64,000 nucleotides of DNA from a virus: UHGV virus genome UHGV-1550212; one strand, 5' to 3'. Each line of letters begins with the position of its first letter. Within the stretch, counting starts at the first letter, position 1. This document shows positions 18,206-28,379 of this stretch, piece after piece. Under the pieces are notes generated by a model, which saw only the letters and a list, made by a program, of their open reading frames with translations, had not been told where the DNA came from and searched no databases. The position numbers were made by a program, and so were the translations under genes.

Positions 18206-19495
18206 CTATTCTTTTGGCAGAAGTTCAGCAATGCGTGACTGCAATTGCTCTTTCTGCTTCAAGTAGCTATCAAGAATTTGCTGATGAGCTGCATAGCCCT
18301 CTGATGTCGGGTCCATGCTCTGCATTGTTACTTGAACTGCAGCAATGTCTGATTCAACATTATTGAGCACTGTTTGATATGCATCAACTTGTGCAGATGC
18401 ACGAATTGCAGCTTTCATTGCAGTATCATAATGTTCACGCCACATTGACTTGATGCATTCGATTTCTGGTGTGCTTACAGAAATTGACTGCAATGCTGCA
18501 ATGAGTGCAACAATGCCGCCATACACTGTAATGATGCCAGACTGAGTATCAAGCATATTGAAGTGATTGCCATCAACTGCATATACAATGATAGGCGCAG
18601 ATTGCAGCTTAACTGAATTGTCGAGAACTGCAAGCTTTGTGAACTGCTGTGCTACTGCAATGACTGCATTGCAAATTGCCTCTGCAGTCTCAAATTCGCC
18701 AGCAACTTGCATGCTAACTTGATTGAGTTGCATATAAGTCTTGACTTTCTCAGCGAATTCAAGTGCAGTCATAACTTGTGAATCAAGCTCAACTGCATCT
18801 TGGCCAACAATGCGAACATGGCCGACAATTGTGTCAGCAAAGAATGCTTCAGTCTTTGGACAATACTGAACAAGTGATATTGCATTCATCAATGCGATAG
18901 ATTCTGCTGATGGCTCAGATGTTGTAGCATACAGCAAATTGCCATCAGACACAGTGAACCACTTGCCAACTACAGGCAGACCCATGATGTCACCTGCAAT
19001 AATTGCAAGCACATGCTGGCAATCACCTGTAGCAATGATGTGTTCGGGATTTGCTGCGTAGTAGATGTCTTTTGCCTGCTTAATGAGCGACTTCACCTCA
19101 GGGTACATGTCATAATTGTCAAGCACGCCATCAACTGCAATTGCTCGAATGATTGGCTCATCAGTTGATGCAACATCTACTGCATCTTCGATTGCTGACG
19201 CAGCCCTTTGCATATTTGCAGAGCCATCACTCATCAAATCCTCCATGACAAGTGATGCTTTGAAGCCAAAGCCATCTGCACCAATTGCTGTTTTCTGTGA
19301 TTTTGCAAATGCGCGTACAGCAGCATCTTTGCTATTTGCGGCGCTTTCCAAAATCAATGCAGCTTTTCGAAGAGTCAGACCAGACTTTTTGATTTGTGCA
19401 AGTGACTCATTGACAAAGTTTGCACCGCCAAAAGTCAATGCTTTGATGCCTTTGATACCTTGAACAAATGCATCAACGTTTACAGTATGTTTCAT
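18206..19495 (-). CDS. Hypothetical structural protein (429 aa)
   Basis: ATG start; Ala/Val-rich; next to Ig-repeat protein gene. Confidence 0.6.
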   Translation of the reverse strand: MKHTVNVDAFVQGIKGIKALTFGGANFVNESLAQIKKSGLTLRKAALILESAANSKDAAVRAFAKSQKTAIGADGFGFKASLVMEDLMSDGSANMQRAASAIEDAVDVASTDEPIIRAIAVDGVLDNYDMYPEVKSLIKQAKDIYYAANPEHIIATGDCQHVLAIIAGDIMGLPVVGKWFTVSDGNLLYATTSEPSAESIALMNAISLVQYCPKTEAFFADTIVGHVRIVGQDAVELDSQVMTALEFAEKVKTYMQLNQVSMQVAGEFETAEAICNAVIAVAQQFTKLAVLDNSVKLQSAPIIVYAVDGNHFNMLDTQSGIITVYGGIVALIAALQSISVSTPEIECIKSMWREHYDTAMKAAIRASAQVDAYQTVLNNVESDIAAVQVTMQSMDPTSEGYAAHQQILDSYLKQKEQLQSRIAELLPKE

Positions 19496-19502
19496 AGTCT
19501 AC

Positions 19503-20993
19503 TTATGCCTTTTTAGATTTGCGCTTTGCGGCAACTACGACTTCTGCTACGATAGCTTCTACAGTAGCTTCAGTTACAACAGACTTGTCTGCAACTTTTA
19601 CAAGAGCTGCATGCAACTTGTAGTTGCCGACTTTGCTGAAAGTGCACTTGAATTCTGTTGTTGCGTTGTATTCTGCAGGTACTGCAAAACCACTGTCAGG
19701 ACCCCATACACCAGTGTCTTCAAATGTCCAAGACTGTCCTTGTGAATCTGTTGCAGCGAATGTCACATGACCATCTTCAGGTGCTTCTACAATTTCATAT
19801 TGCAGCTGAACGCCATCAACACCTGCTTTACCAACGACTTCAGTTGCAAGTGTTGCATTGATTGCAACTTCTGTTGTAGGCTGAATACTTGCAGGGACAT
19901 CTACAGAAATCTTGTATTCTGACACTTCAGGCTGAACTGGCTCAGCAACAACTACTGTAGACTCTGCTTCAACAACTACACTGTCATCAGCAACCTTGGC
20001 AAGAACTGCATGCAACTTGTATGCGCCTGCCTTGCTAAAGATTACAGTGAACTTTGTAGTTGCATTGTATTCTGCTGGAATGTCAAAGCCTACTGCAGGA
20101 CCCCAAGTTCCATTATCGACGAATGTGTATTCATTGCCAGTTGTGTCAGTAGCCTTGAATGTCACATGACCATCTTCAGGTGCTACGTCCACGCCATAAC
20201 GGAACTGAACTTTGTCAACGCCGACGTCGCCAACAGTCTTCGTTTTGAATGTTGCATCAAGCTCAACTTCAGTGTTTTCGATTATTGTTTCAGGTGCAGA
20301 CATTTCGAACTCGTACTCAGACACTGTTTGTGCAGCTTGTTCAAGTTTGATGTTCTTTGTCTTGTTTGAACTCATAGTCTCACGACCAGCATGGCTAATG
20401 TAGCCCTCTTTAGACACTTCCCATACAATTTCTTCGCCTGACAAAACAGTCAACGAATTGCGAACTTCGCCATTCATCTTGATAACTGCATCTGCAGGTT
20501 CTACATTAATTGTCAGTGTAGCTTTGCTAAGCTTAACAAGCTCCACTACTTGAATGACATCATGATTTGTGAGCGTGATTGTGCCCTCCTGAGATTCATA
20601 GCCCTCTTTCGACACTTCCCACTTAATTGGAATGCCTGCGGGCACATTCTCAAGCATCTTTGTAGCCTCACCATTGATTTCTACATGAGCATCTTCAGGC
20701 ACTGGCTGAATTGTGATGCTGAACTTGTCTTTACCAGGTTCAGGGTCTGGTCCGGGTCCTGGGTCATCACCAGTAATTGCAGGGATGATAGTGTTTTCGA
20801 TGACTTTCTGAGCTTCTGCAGTTGTGCCATAGAATTTGAGAGTTTTCTTGGCTTCTTCTACAGACATCTTCTCAAGATTATCTGCAAGATATGTCAGACC
20901 AGTGACTGCAGCAATTTTCTGCCGCATTTCTGGGCTAATGACTACACCAGTAGATTTGACTACTGGAGCAGCTTGTTTTTGTTTCTTTGCCAT
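19503..20993 (-). CDS. Ig-like/beta-sandwich repeat protein (Hoc-like decoration protein candidate)
   Basis: Trimmed to ATG 20993 (MAKKQKQ). Two pairs of internal repeats: ...KWEVSKEGY.. x2 and ..VSEY.....APEDGHVTF.ATD......VPAEYNATT.. x2. Confidence 0.55.
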   Translation of the reverse strand: MAKKQKQAAPVVKSTGVVISPEMRQKIAAVTGLTYLADNLEKMSVEEAKKTLKFYGTTAEAQKVIENTIIPAITGDDPGPGPDPEPGKDKFSITIQPVPEDAHVEINGEATKMLENVPAGIPIKWEVSKEGYESQEGTITLTNHDVIQVVELVKLSKATLTINVEPADAVIKMNGEVRNSLTVLSGEEIVWEVSKEGYISHAGRETMSSNKTKNIKLEQAAQTVSEYEFEMSAPETIIENTEVELDATFKTKTVGDVGVDKVQFRYGVDVAPEDGHVTFKATDTTGNEYTFVDNGTWGPAVGFDIPAEYNATTKFTVIFSKAGAYKLHAVLAKVADDSVVVEAESTVVVAEPVQPEVSEYKISVDVPASIQPTTEVAINATLATEVVGKAGVDGVQLQYEIVEAPEDGHVTFAATDSQGQSWTFEDTGVWGPDSGFAVPAEYNATTEFKCTFSKVGNYKLHAALVKVADKSVVTEATVEAIVAEVVVAAKRKSKKA

Positions 20994-21084
20994 AAGATAT
21001 TGTGAATTTGGTTGTTTATTCTTAACAAAATATGTACATACAGATGCAACAGATGATATGTCAGATACACAAAGCTGCATAAAA

Positions 21085-21122
21085 TGACCAGACTTGCAAA
21101 TAAATTTAAGCAAGTCTGGTCA
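21085..21122 (-). terminator. Intrinsic terminator after DNA polymerase C-terminal gene
   Basis: TGACCAGACTTGC / GCAAGTCTGGTCA, 13-bp stem, AT-rich loop, A4 on plus. Confidence 0.5.
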
Positions 21123-21137
21123 TCAGTTTTGATTGCA

Positions 21138-22430
21138 CTACAACAATGACGGCACTCGTTGAGTTTCAAGTGGGTCGCTGACATTGATGCCTGTGTATGC
21201 AACAAGTCGTTGTATTGGGCCAAGTACGAGTTTTTCGAACATGAGTCGTTTGTTCATTGGCGGCACATCTGGCATATACTTCGGTGTCGGCATTTCGCCT
21301 GGTGCAAAGCCAAATGCATCGCAATATTGACGAGAGCCAATTGGTATATTTGACAAATCTGACTTTGCTCTGTCAACAAAGTAGTAGAACACTCGACCGC
21401 CTTCAATCAATGGGTATCGTGTTTCCAATCCATGTGCTTTGACAAGACAGTTATGCCAACAACATGCTCTATATTGAGGCAGTACACCTTTTGCTAACTG
21501 CCATTCACCATCATAGCTTAGCACATAGTCATGATACTTGTTTGCATTGACATATGCACAAAGTTTCTCCAAGTCTTGCTCGGCTTCAAAGCGTTTCCAT
21601 AATTTCTGTATGAGCTTTGGATATGTCGCAGAAGTTAATTCGCCTCTGAACATTTTCTTGAATGCATAATCAAGCATTTGTCTAACAAGCATTGACGAGC
21701 CTGTTTGAATAAGTTCGATGCCTTTGCCTTGAATGTGCTCAGTAGGGTCTTCGAATACTCGACCATCTACATATATTTGAGCCTTTAAGTACTTTTTCTT
21801 TTGGGCAAATAATGCAGTGTCAGAAATCGTTTCGAGGTCAAATAGCAAAATTGAATTGCCGTGGCGTTTTGCGAGGTCTGCTGCATATGCACCATTGAAT
21901 AACTCTTCCATACGATATTTGAATATCGCAAGAATCAAGTCATACCAATTTTTGCCTATGTAGCCAATTGATTTGACAGTTGGCTCAAAGTGAATGTACA
22001 AAGAGTCTGTATCAATGTACAACACTTTGTCTTCATAAGGCTCTTGCTTTGGCGACACAGACAAATCAAAATTGCCCTTCAATTGTGGGTCATTACGCAG
22101 CTTTTCATGCAATTCATAATCACACCACCACTTATTGTTGAGATAGTCATTTGCTACTCGTTCACCAAAGTGAATGAAGTTGCGGCCTTCAGCAGTAATT
22201 GATTCTGCAACTGCCATATTAAAGAAGTGATAGAAACGATTGCTTGTAGCGCCATATATTGAGTTTCGACAACATTTTGCTGAGACTTGCAGTCCTGCAT
22301 GCTTTAGTGATTCTTGCATTGCAAAATCTCTCAATTCAAATAGACGTTCAGTAGACAACTGGCTTAAATCACCAGTCAAATCTACTCCATCTATTTCAAT
22401 TTTTGACATATCTATCTGAGCTTCTGCCAT
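21138..22430 (-). CDS. DNA polymerase family B, C-terminal fragment (motifs B and C)
   Basis: ...CCRNSIYGATS (KxxxNSxYG) and ...VLYIDTDSLYIHF (YxDTDS); 430 aa; own promoter upstream. Confidence 0.85.
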   Translation of the reverse strand: MAEAQIDMSKIEIDGVDLTGDLSQLSTERLFELRDFAMQESLKHAGLQVSAKCCRNSIYGATSNRFYHFFNMAVAESITAEGRNFIHFGERVANDYLNNKWWCDYELHEKLRNDPQLKGNFDLSVSPKQEPYEDKVLYIDTDSLYIHFEPTVKSIGYIGKNWYDLILAIFKYRMEELFNGAYAADLAKRHGNSILLFDLETISDTALFAQKKKYLKAQIYVDGRVFEDPTEHIQGKGIELIQTGSSMLVRQMLDYAFKKMFRGELTSATYPKLIQKLWKRFEAEQDLEKLCAYVNANKYHDYVLSYDGEWQLAKGVLPQYRACCWHNCLVKAHGLETRYPLIEGGRVFYYFVDRAKSDLSNIPIGSRQYCDAFGFAPGEMPTPKYMPDVPPMNKRLMFEKLVLGPIQRLVAYTGINVSDPLETQRVPSLL

Positions 22431-22451
22431 AAGTTGTTTATTTTTGATTAA

Positions 22452-22481
22452 ATTGTACTACACATGTTGCAATTTTTGCAA
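22452..22481 (-). promoter_or_regulatory. Sigma70-like promoter (TTGCAA-N18-TACAAT)
   Basis: Direct reading; upstream of polymerase C-terminal gene. Confidence 0.45.
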
Positions 22482-22499
22482 TACACATGTTAAACCAAA

Positions 22500-22528
22500 A
22501 TGCAGCAGCAGATGTTCTGCTGCTGCAT
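22500..22528 (-). terminator. Intrinsic terminator after 22572..23399
   Basis: ATGCAGCAGCAGA-TGT-TCTGCTGCTGCAT, 13-bp perfect stem, T-rich sense downstream. Confidence 0.6.
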
Positions 22529-22571
22529 CGGCAGGTATCTTCACAATTGTTTGAGTTGATTGCAATGCGAT

Positions 22572-23399
22572 TTAGAATGGCAGGTCGCCATCATCACCTA
22601 CAGCATCAAAATCAGCAGCAATGTCATATACCAACGTCATTGCGATTCGCAAATCACGTTTCTTAGATTTCAGACGCATGATGTCATGACCTGAATTGTT
22701 TGTGATGACTGAGCATTCAAACTCTTCATTGCCGTCGATGAATGACAGCATTGATTTGTGAATTGTGATTGGCGACAAATCTGACGGATATGACGAATCA
22801 ATCACATATTCAAAGTTGTTGTTCTTGGCAATTAGGCCTCGTTCAGTTGTGCGAATCTCAATGCCGGGCAGTTCCTTGTCACCTGTATTCAATGAGCCAT
22901 ACGATGACATGATGCCAAAGTGATTTGACGTCAAATCGAGCTTTCTCAGATTTGTTGTGCTATCAAACAGCATTGACATATCATTGTCAGACAGCTCAAA
23001 GTAGCCAAGTGATGGCATTGAACAAACCTGATTGATTTTGAGCTGATTGTTTGAGATTACAATGAGCTCTGCAATTGTATCTGTACCAATTTGTTTGACA
23101 TAGATTTCAATCATTGCATATGAGCCAAATGCAGCAAGTACTCGATTGTTGAATTGCGTGCCATTGTAAATAAGCGCCTTGACTGTGACATCTTTGAGTG
23201 TAGACTCATAATGTTCGCAAATGTCAAGCACATTAAGTGTCTGCGACTTTACAAAGCTACTATTGCCAGCATCAGTTCTGATTCGCTGGTCATTGAGTGA
23301 AAAGCTAAGCTTGCCATCGCATTTTAATGATGATGCAAACAATGCTCGCAGCATATCAATGTTTGCATTGCGTAACGTAATTTTGTTCAGATTTTCCAT
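22572..23399 (-). CDS. Hypothetical protein (275 aa); possible sliding clamp
   Basis: ATG start; acidic C-terminus; size and location between polymerase halves; clamp assignment weak. Confidence 0.5.
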   Translation of the reverse strand: MENLNKITLRNANIDMLRALFASSLKCDGKLSFSLNDQRIRTDAGNSSFVKSQTLNVLDICEHYESTLKDVTVKALIYNGTQFNNRVLAAFGSYAMIEIYVKQIGTDTIAELIVISNNQLKINQVCSMPSLGYFELSDNDMSMLFDSTTNLRKLDLTSNHFGIMSSYGSLNTGDKELPGIEIRTTERGLIAKNNNFEYVIDSSYPSDLSPITIHKSMLSFIDGNEEFECSVITNNSGHDIMRLKSKKRDLRIAMTLVYDIAADFDAVGDDGDLPF

Positions 23400-23433
23400 C
23401 TTGTATCTATGTTGTTGATTTTCAATTTAATAT

Positions 23434-23462
23434 ATTGAACAACATTTGTTGACATTTTGCAA
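23434..23462 (-). promoter_or_regulatory. Sigma70-like promoter (TTGCAA-N17-TTCAAT)
   Basis: Direct reading; upstream of 22572..23399. Confidence 0.4.
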
Positions 23463-23467
23463 CATTG

Positions 23468-23842
23468 TCATCGATTGTCGCCTGACCCATGCAATACACC
23501 TCGCAATTTTCGAGACTGCAGTTTCTGAATGTTAAGCTGACAAATGTCAGTTAAGCTGTAGCCCAAATCATGTGCAAGAGTTGCAGCATACCACATGACA
23601 TCGCTGAGCTCTTTTGCGATTTCCTTGCGAATGTCTTCATTATCAAAATCACCATTCTTGTCTCGAATGACTTTTTTGACTTTGTCTGCAACTTCGCCTG
23701 CTTCACCCGTTAAGCCAAGTGTTGGATAGATAATTGCAGCTGATTTAGGATATACTGCGCTATCAAGCGCAGCAGTCTGATATTCATCAATAGTTGAAAT
23801 CCAAGTGTGGTCGATTACGCCGTGTTCATCTCGTTTAAGCAT
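23468..23842 (-). CDS. MazG-like nucleoside triphosphate pyrophosphohydrolase
   Basis: ...LTGEAGEVADKVKK...ELSDVMWYAATLA (MazG EExxE/D-type motifs). Confidence 0.6.
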   Translation of the reverse strand: MLKRDEHGVIDHTWISTIDEYQTAALDSAVYPKSAAIIYPTLGLTGEAGEVADKVKKVIRDKNGDFDNEDIRKEIAKELSDVMWYAATLAHDLGYSLTDICQLNIQKLQSRKLRGVLHGSGDNR

Positions 23843-23843
23843 A

Positions 23844-24335
23844 TCATTTACGTTTTTGTTTGACTCTTAATCGTTTTTGCATAAATGCTCTTGTAGCTTC
23901 ACCAAAAGCCATCTCGTCTCGTTCGCCACCACAAAGCTTTGCAAGCTTATTGAATGTGTCTTGGTCAATCATTGTGTACGTTGAGTTGTTGACCACATGC
24001 AATGCAAACTGAATCAGCGGTGCGCCTGGCTGCAAGCAGAATGGCTCTTTACCTGCATTGTACACTGCAAGATGAATCTCGCCATGATAGTCTGAATCTA
24101 CAAACTCACTTGTTTTGATGATAAGATGATTTCGTGAAATGCCCGACTTATTGTAGGCAATCAATGCATGACCGGCAGGCACAAGTGCTTTGATGCCAGA
24201 TGGAATTGCAATGCCCTCACCAGGTTGCAGCATTGTTTGCACAAAATCATTGGGTATGCAAAAGTCCCATGCGCCAGATTCTGCTGTTGACTTAAAAGGA
24301 CTTTCTACATTTCTGCATTTTGCAAAGAATAACAT
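23844..24335 (-). CDS. dUTPase-family protein (dUTPase or dCTPase)
   Basis: ...FVDSDYHGEIHLAVYN (dUTPase motif III-like). Confidence 0.6.
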   Translation of the reverse strand: MLFFAKCRNVESPFKSTAESGAWDFCIPNDFVQTMLQPGEGIAIPSGIKALVPAGHALIAYNKSGISRNHLIIKTSEFVDSDYHGEIHLAVYNAGKEPFCLQPGAPLIQFALHVVNNSTYTMIDQDTFNKLAKLCGGERDEMAFGEATRAFMQKRLRVKQKRK

Positions 24336-24358
24336 ATTAAGTATGTGTTTGTATGTTG

Positions 24359-24703
24359 TTAGTACATTTCTCGTTTAACAAGAGCTTTGCGTTTTGAGCG
24401 TAGCCCTGCCCTATTACGTAATTCTACTGACCAATCACGAATCATTTGCCATGCAATCCCACCACGTTGAATACCACCGTGCTTGAACATTTCATTGCAA
24501 ATACCTTGAATAAACACCGCATCAGACTTTGTCAATGCGTCAACAATTTGACCATGGTTGTCTTCTGTCTTGACATCATTGCAAAGCTTAAGCTCATCTA
24601 CTGAAAGTTCGCCAAGCAGCTCATAGTAGTATATGAGAGCTTTGCGTGCGGCAATTGCTTTTCTTGAATTGCCAGAATAAGACAAAGTCACATGTTTGCT
24701 CAT
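24359..24703 (-). CDS. Hypothetical protein (114 aa)
   Basis: Trimmed to ATG 24703. Confidence 0.5.
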   Translation of the reverse strand: MSKHVTLSYSGNSRKAIAARKALIYYYELLGELSVDELKLCNDVKTEDNHGQIVDALTKSDAVFIQGICNEMFKHGGIQRGGIAWQMIRDWSVELRNRAGLRSKRKALVKREMY

Positions 24704-24723
24704 ATTCAATTATTGTTATGGTG

Positions 24724-26229
24724 TTACAATTTGATTGCGCCTCTACGAGCAAGCTCTTCTTCAATCAATCGAACATGATTGTTAGCATACCAAAATTGCA
24801 ATTTTTTGTGATAATTGCGAACGTTGCCAAGCTGTTCTTGAGTTTCTTTATACATTGAAGGCTCTCTGTTGTCATACAGACAATTGTTGACTGACACAAA
24901 GTAATTTGGGTCTGCTTTGTAATGCTCAATTTCATCAGGATTTGTTAAACGTCTAATAAAGTTGTCTGGTGAAATATTCGCCGAGCGCATACTTGACGGA
25001 TACAATGAGTTTGCGTCAACACAGACAACCATACGAGCCCAATGGTTAAATGGTTGCTTAACAAAGCCGCCCTCAAATGAATGTACTACATTCTCTGGGC
25101 CACCTTGAGCACATACAACTTTGCCGCCATATTTGTTGTATAAGTATGTCATCATGACGCCCTCAGATTGCTTAACTGGTCCTTGGCAGTGATTCATGTC
25201 AATATTTGTCATATTTGACAATGACATCACATTTGATATCAAGTCAGTTTTTGCAGCAATCATTGCATTGACCATAGTATCGACAGCATTGTATGCAATG
25301 AATGTGCATGGATGATACAAATACAGCTCTTTAAGTGTGCAATCATAGGGCAACTTACCTACGCCGAACATACGATGTGCAATGTAGTCAAGTCGCAATG
25401 ATTCCTTTTGCCACACTGAATAGTCGTATGTGTCCATGAGCTGCATGTAGTCATCAATGTACTTGTGATATGGCATACCATTGCCCCAGACAGTTCTGCC
25501 AACTGGAGATGCCAATGCTAAATCAATATTGTGCATTGCGCATCGATTTTTGACATAGATGTTATCGAAGTCATTGATGTTCCAGCCTGTCAATGCAGGA
25601 ATGTTTTTGAAGAGCTTAGTCACCCAAAAATGCAACAATTCATGCTCATTTGCATGTTGAAAAATTTTGACAGTTGGATGTTCTTTCAAATACGCAGCAA
25701 AGCAATGTTGACCCATATACTCTTGAATGATGCCATTGACAAACTCAAATGCATCATCCAATGTTGGGTTTTGTTTGCCGCAGCTTTTGCGCAAATCATC
25801 ATCATTCAACAAGTCAACAGTAGTCTGAATGACACAATTGCATTGTTCATCGCATGTACTTATTGCATTAATGGGCATTTCAGCTTTGTCAGGCTTTGGA
25901 AAGCCATTGCCAATTTCAGTCTCAATATCGTAAAAGTACAACTTTGGTCTACGATAAGCAAACAATTCAGCTTTGTCAGCTTCAGGCAATTCAAATAAGA
26001 ATTGCAGCAAGTCAAATTGATTGAATCGTTTTGCTGTGACTCGAGTCACTGGCAATTTACGCCAATCTTGAATATCTGCATATTGAGGCTCTACGTGGTC
26101 TGATATTTGCCACACTGGAAATTGATATGGCTGTTCACAGACTGGGTATGTTTTGATGTCAATGCCACCTTGCTCATTAACATATGAGACTTCAATGCCA
26201 TGTGACAAATATGCTACGTCAACAATCAT
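24724..26229 (-). CDS. DNA polymerase family B, N-terminal fragment (3'-5' exonuclease + motif A)
   Basis: FYDIETE (Exo I), NINDFD (Exo II), YNAVD (Exo III), VDANSLYPS (motif A); 501 aa. Confidence 0.85.
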   Translation of the reverse strand: MIVDVAYLSHGIEVSYVNEQGGIDIKTYPVCEQPYQFPVWQISDHVEPQYADIQDWRKLPVTRVTAKRFNQFDLLQFLFELPEADKAELFAYRRPKLYFYDIETEIGNGFPKPDKAEMPINAISTCDEQCNCVIQTTVDLLNDDDLRKSCGKQNPTLDDAFEFVNGIIQEYMGQHCFAAYLKEHPTVKIFQHANEHELLHFWVTKLFKNIPALTGWNINDFDNIYVKNRCAMHNIDLALASPVGRTVWGNGMPYHKYIDDYMQLMDTYDYSVWQKESLRLDYIAHRMFGVGKLPYDCTLKELYLYHPCTFIAYNAVDTMVNAMIAAKTDLISNVMSLSNMTNIDMNHCQGPVKQSEGVMMTYLYNKYGGKVVCAQGGPENVVHSFEGGFVKQPFNHWARMVVCVDANSLYPSSMRSANISPDNFIRRLTNPDEIEHYKADPNYFVSVNNCLYDNREPSMYKETQEQLGNVRNYHKKLQFWYANNHVRLIEEELARRGAIKL

Positions 26230-26244
26230 ATATCATTATCTTTT

Positions 26245-26655
26245 TTAGAATAGAGATATTGTACAACAATTTGATTCAGGTTGCCATTCTACAATATGCG
26301 CATCAAAGTGTTTGTTAAGCCAATGTGCAAGTATGTGTCTATGACAAAATGCAGATAGTCTGCACCAACATAACAATACAATGTCTCGTTCGCCTGCAAG
26401 AATCTTTATGCGATGCAGCATCAAACTTATCTGTGACAATGCAGCGTCAAGTTTTGCTGCATATTGCTCTGCATATTGTGCATTGTCAAGCAAGCCTGCT
26501 TTATGCAAACGAACAAGTGACATGTAATCAGGCATGACGTCAGTCCATGTAAAATCTGCTATGAAGCCCTTAGGCTTTGTTGCAGACACTTGAACAAGAA
26601 ATGCGTTATCAGGCAGATGCCTGCATGCATAATATGAAGTTAAGATTCTTGTCAT
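26245..26655 (-). CDS. DUF488-like protein
   Basis: ...DIVLLCWCRLSAFCHRHILAHWL resembles DUF488 signature as recalled. Confidence 0.4.
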   Translation of the reverse strand: MTRILTSYYACRHLPDNAFLVQVSATKPKGFIADFTWTDVMPDYMSLVRLHKAGLLDNAQYAEQYAAKLDAALSQISLMLHRIKILAGERDIVLLCWCRLSAFCHRHILAHWLNKHFDAHIVEWQPESNCCTISLF

Positions 26656-27575
26656 TCTACAATAATTGTTGCAAGTTTGTTAATTGGCTGTATGAACACA
26701 TCAAAACCCTTAACAGTGCCGAACGCGTTTCGTTTGACTGCATATAACATTGCAGTGTTCACATCATGCTTTGCATAACGAGTTTCAATGACTTGACTGA
26801 TGTAGCCTTTTGAGTCTCGAATGTATTCTATGCTTGTAGCAATTTTGTTTGCTTTGATAGAATTTACTGTTATCAATGCATCATTCTGACCATACGCATA
26901 TTGCATTGTTGCTGTAGATGGCTTTGCAGCATTTACACTTAACTGCTGAATGACTTGCATTTTGCGACCATGCGAATCATAGTAATATGTGAATGTGCAT
27001 GGAAACTTGCCAACCAAACTGTTCAAATGATGCAACTGCTCATAATGATAGCTGAACTGCACTACACTGCTATTAGATTCGCAAATGCTGCTTGGTCTAT
27101 AGTAGCCATTGAAGTACCCATACTGAATTGAGTATGTTTCAAAACGACCTCTACGATACAAACTCAACAAACTAAGCATATTCGTCGCTTCATCAATATG
27201 CAAGAACTTGATGTCTGCGCATGCATTGCTCTTGGCATAATCAGCTGCATTCCACTTATCAACGACTTTCCAAGAGTAGCATTTGATGCTTTGATTGCGC
27301 TCATTGACAAAGTGTATACCATTTGACTGCACCTTTACAATGTCATAGCAATTCAAATGCCCATTACTGTCAATGAATTTTTGCAGCCAATTTAAAGCCA
27401 TGATGTTTGTTGCAAATGTCTGTGCAAATGCAATTTGGCCATCTGCAAATGCTGCAGTGTATGTCTTGTTCTTATCGTAGATTGGCAATGTCGCATCTGC
27501 ATATGATGCTGCTACAAATGCATAGCCAATCACATTATTCTCAGAACTCAAATTAGAGTGTCTTAACTGTTCCAT
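26652..27575 (-). CDS. Hypothetical protein (307 aa)
   Basis: ATG start, ATGA overlap. Confidence 0.6.
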   Translation of the reverse strand: MEQLRHSNLSSENNVIGYAFVAASYADATLPIYDKNKTYTAAFADGQIAFAQTFATNIMALNWLQKFIDSNGHLNCYDIVKVQSNGIHFVNERNQSIKCYSWKVVDKWNAADYAKSNACADIKFLHIDEATNMLSLLSLYRRGRFETYSIQYGYFNGYYRPSSICESNSSVVQFSYHYEQLHHLNSLVGKFPCTFTYYYDSHGRKMQVIQQLSVNAAKPSTATMQYAYGQNDALITVNSIKANKIATSIEYIRDSKGYISQVIETRYAKHDVNTAMLYAVKRNAFGTVKGFDVFIQPINKLATIIVE

Positions 27576-27772
27576 GTGCCATTACGCTTACGACGTTCAA
27601 TTTCTGCTTCAACGTCATCAATGTCGTGATTTATTTGAGCAAGACGAATGTCATTGTCGTACTCTTTAAGCAATTGTTCAAACAAATCTTCTTTGAACTG
27701 CTTCAAACGTTCATTTGAAAATGCTCTTACATTCATATCAAAGTCTACAGTCTTTTTCAAGTTTCTTGTCAT
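27563..27772 (-). CDS. Hypothetical small charged protein (69 aa)
   Basis: ATG start. Confidence 0.4.
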   Translation of the reverse strand: MTRNLKKTVDFDMNVRAFSNERLKQFKEDLFEQLLKEYDNDIRLAQINHDIDDVEAEIERRKRNGTWNS

Positions 27773-28307
27773 TTATGACTGCATTCAACAAATAATTGAC
27801 ATGCTTACATGAATGACGATACATAAAGCCTGGGCAATCACAATATGCTTGCATTGATTCAGGATATAACACAAGTACATGTGAATTGCCTCGTGAGCCA
27901 AAGACCTTGTACTTGACTGGCGCTGTTGGCATGCCAATCAAATTGTTAATGTCTTGTGAATGCCTGATATTATGCAGTTGTTTAAGTGAAACCCAGTGTT
28001 CTGCGGCTTCAGTAGCAGACATCAAATCAATGCCAAATGCTTGTTTGTATTGTTGTTTGCAAAACAATTGCCATTTGTGTGCATATACAGAGTTCTTTTG
28101 CAGCATCTCTTTATGCAACAAATACTCTTCAATGTATCTTGGCTGCCAACGAGTTGACCATGACACAAATTCAGGCACAAACTGAATGTCTTCAAGAGTT
28201 GTGCCTGCTGGTACAGAATGCCAAGCATCACCTGTGCATGCATAAGTACCGGTCGTTGTTACAATTATTGCCGGATTACATTTGCCAATGATTTGAATCT
28301 TGTCCAT
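27738..28307 (-). CDS. SWIM zinc-finger protein
   Basis: ...YCDCPGFMYRHSCKHV (CxCxnCxH). Confidence 0.5.
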   Translation of the reverse strand: MDKIQIIGKCNPAIIVTTTGTYACTGDAWHSVPAGTTLEDIQFVPEFVSWSTRWQPRYIEEYLLHKEMLQKNSVYAHKWQLFCKQQYKQAFGIDLMSATEAAEHWVSLKQLHNIRHSQDINNLIGMPTAPVKYKVFGSRGNSHVLVLYPESMQAYCDCPGFMYRHSCKHVNYLLNAVINDKKLEKDCRL

Positions 28308-28350
28308 CTTATTTATGATTTGATGTCTTGTTATATTATTATATGTTGAT

Positions 28351-28379
28351 ATTGTACAACGCTAAGTGTCATTTTGCAC
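28351..28379 (-). promoter_or_regulatory. Sigma70-like promoter (GTGCAA-N17-TACAAT)
   Basis: Direct reading; upstream of 27738..28307. Confidence 0.45.

Noticed and set aside
22431-24723. Intein or group I intron splitting the DNA polymerase
   Set aside because: The gap holds ordinary genes with their own starts and stops plus a terminator and promoter; no intein splice motifs and no intron-like structure.
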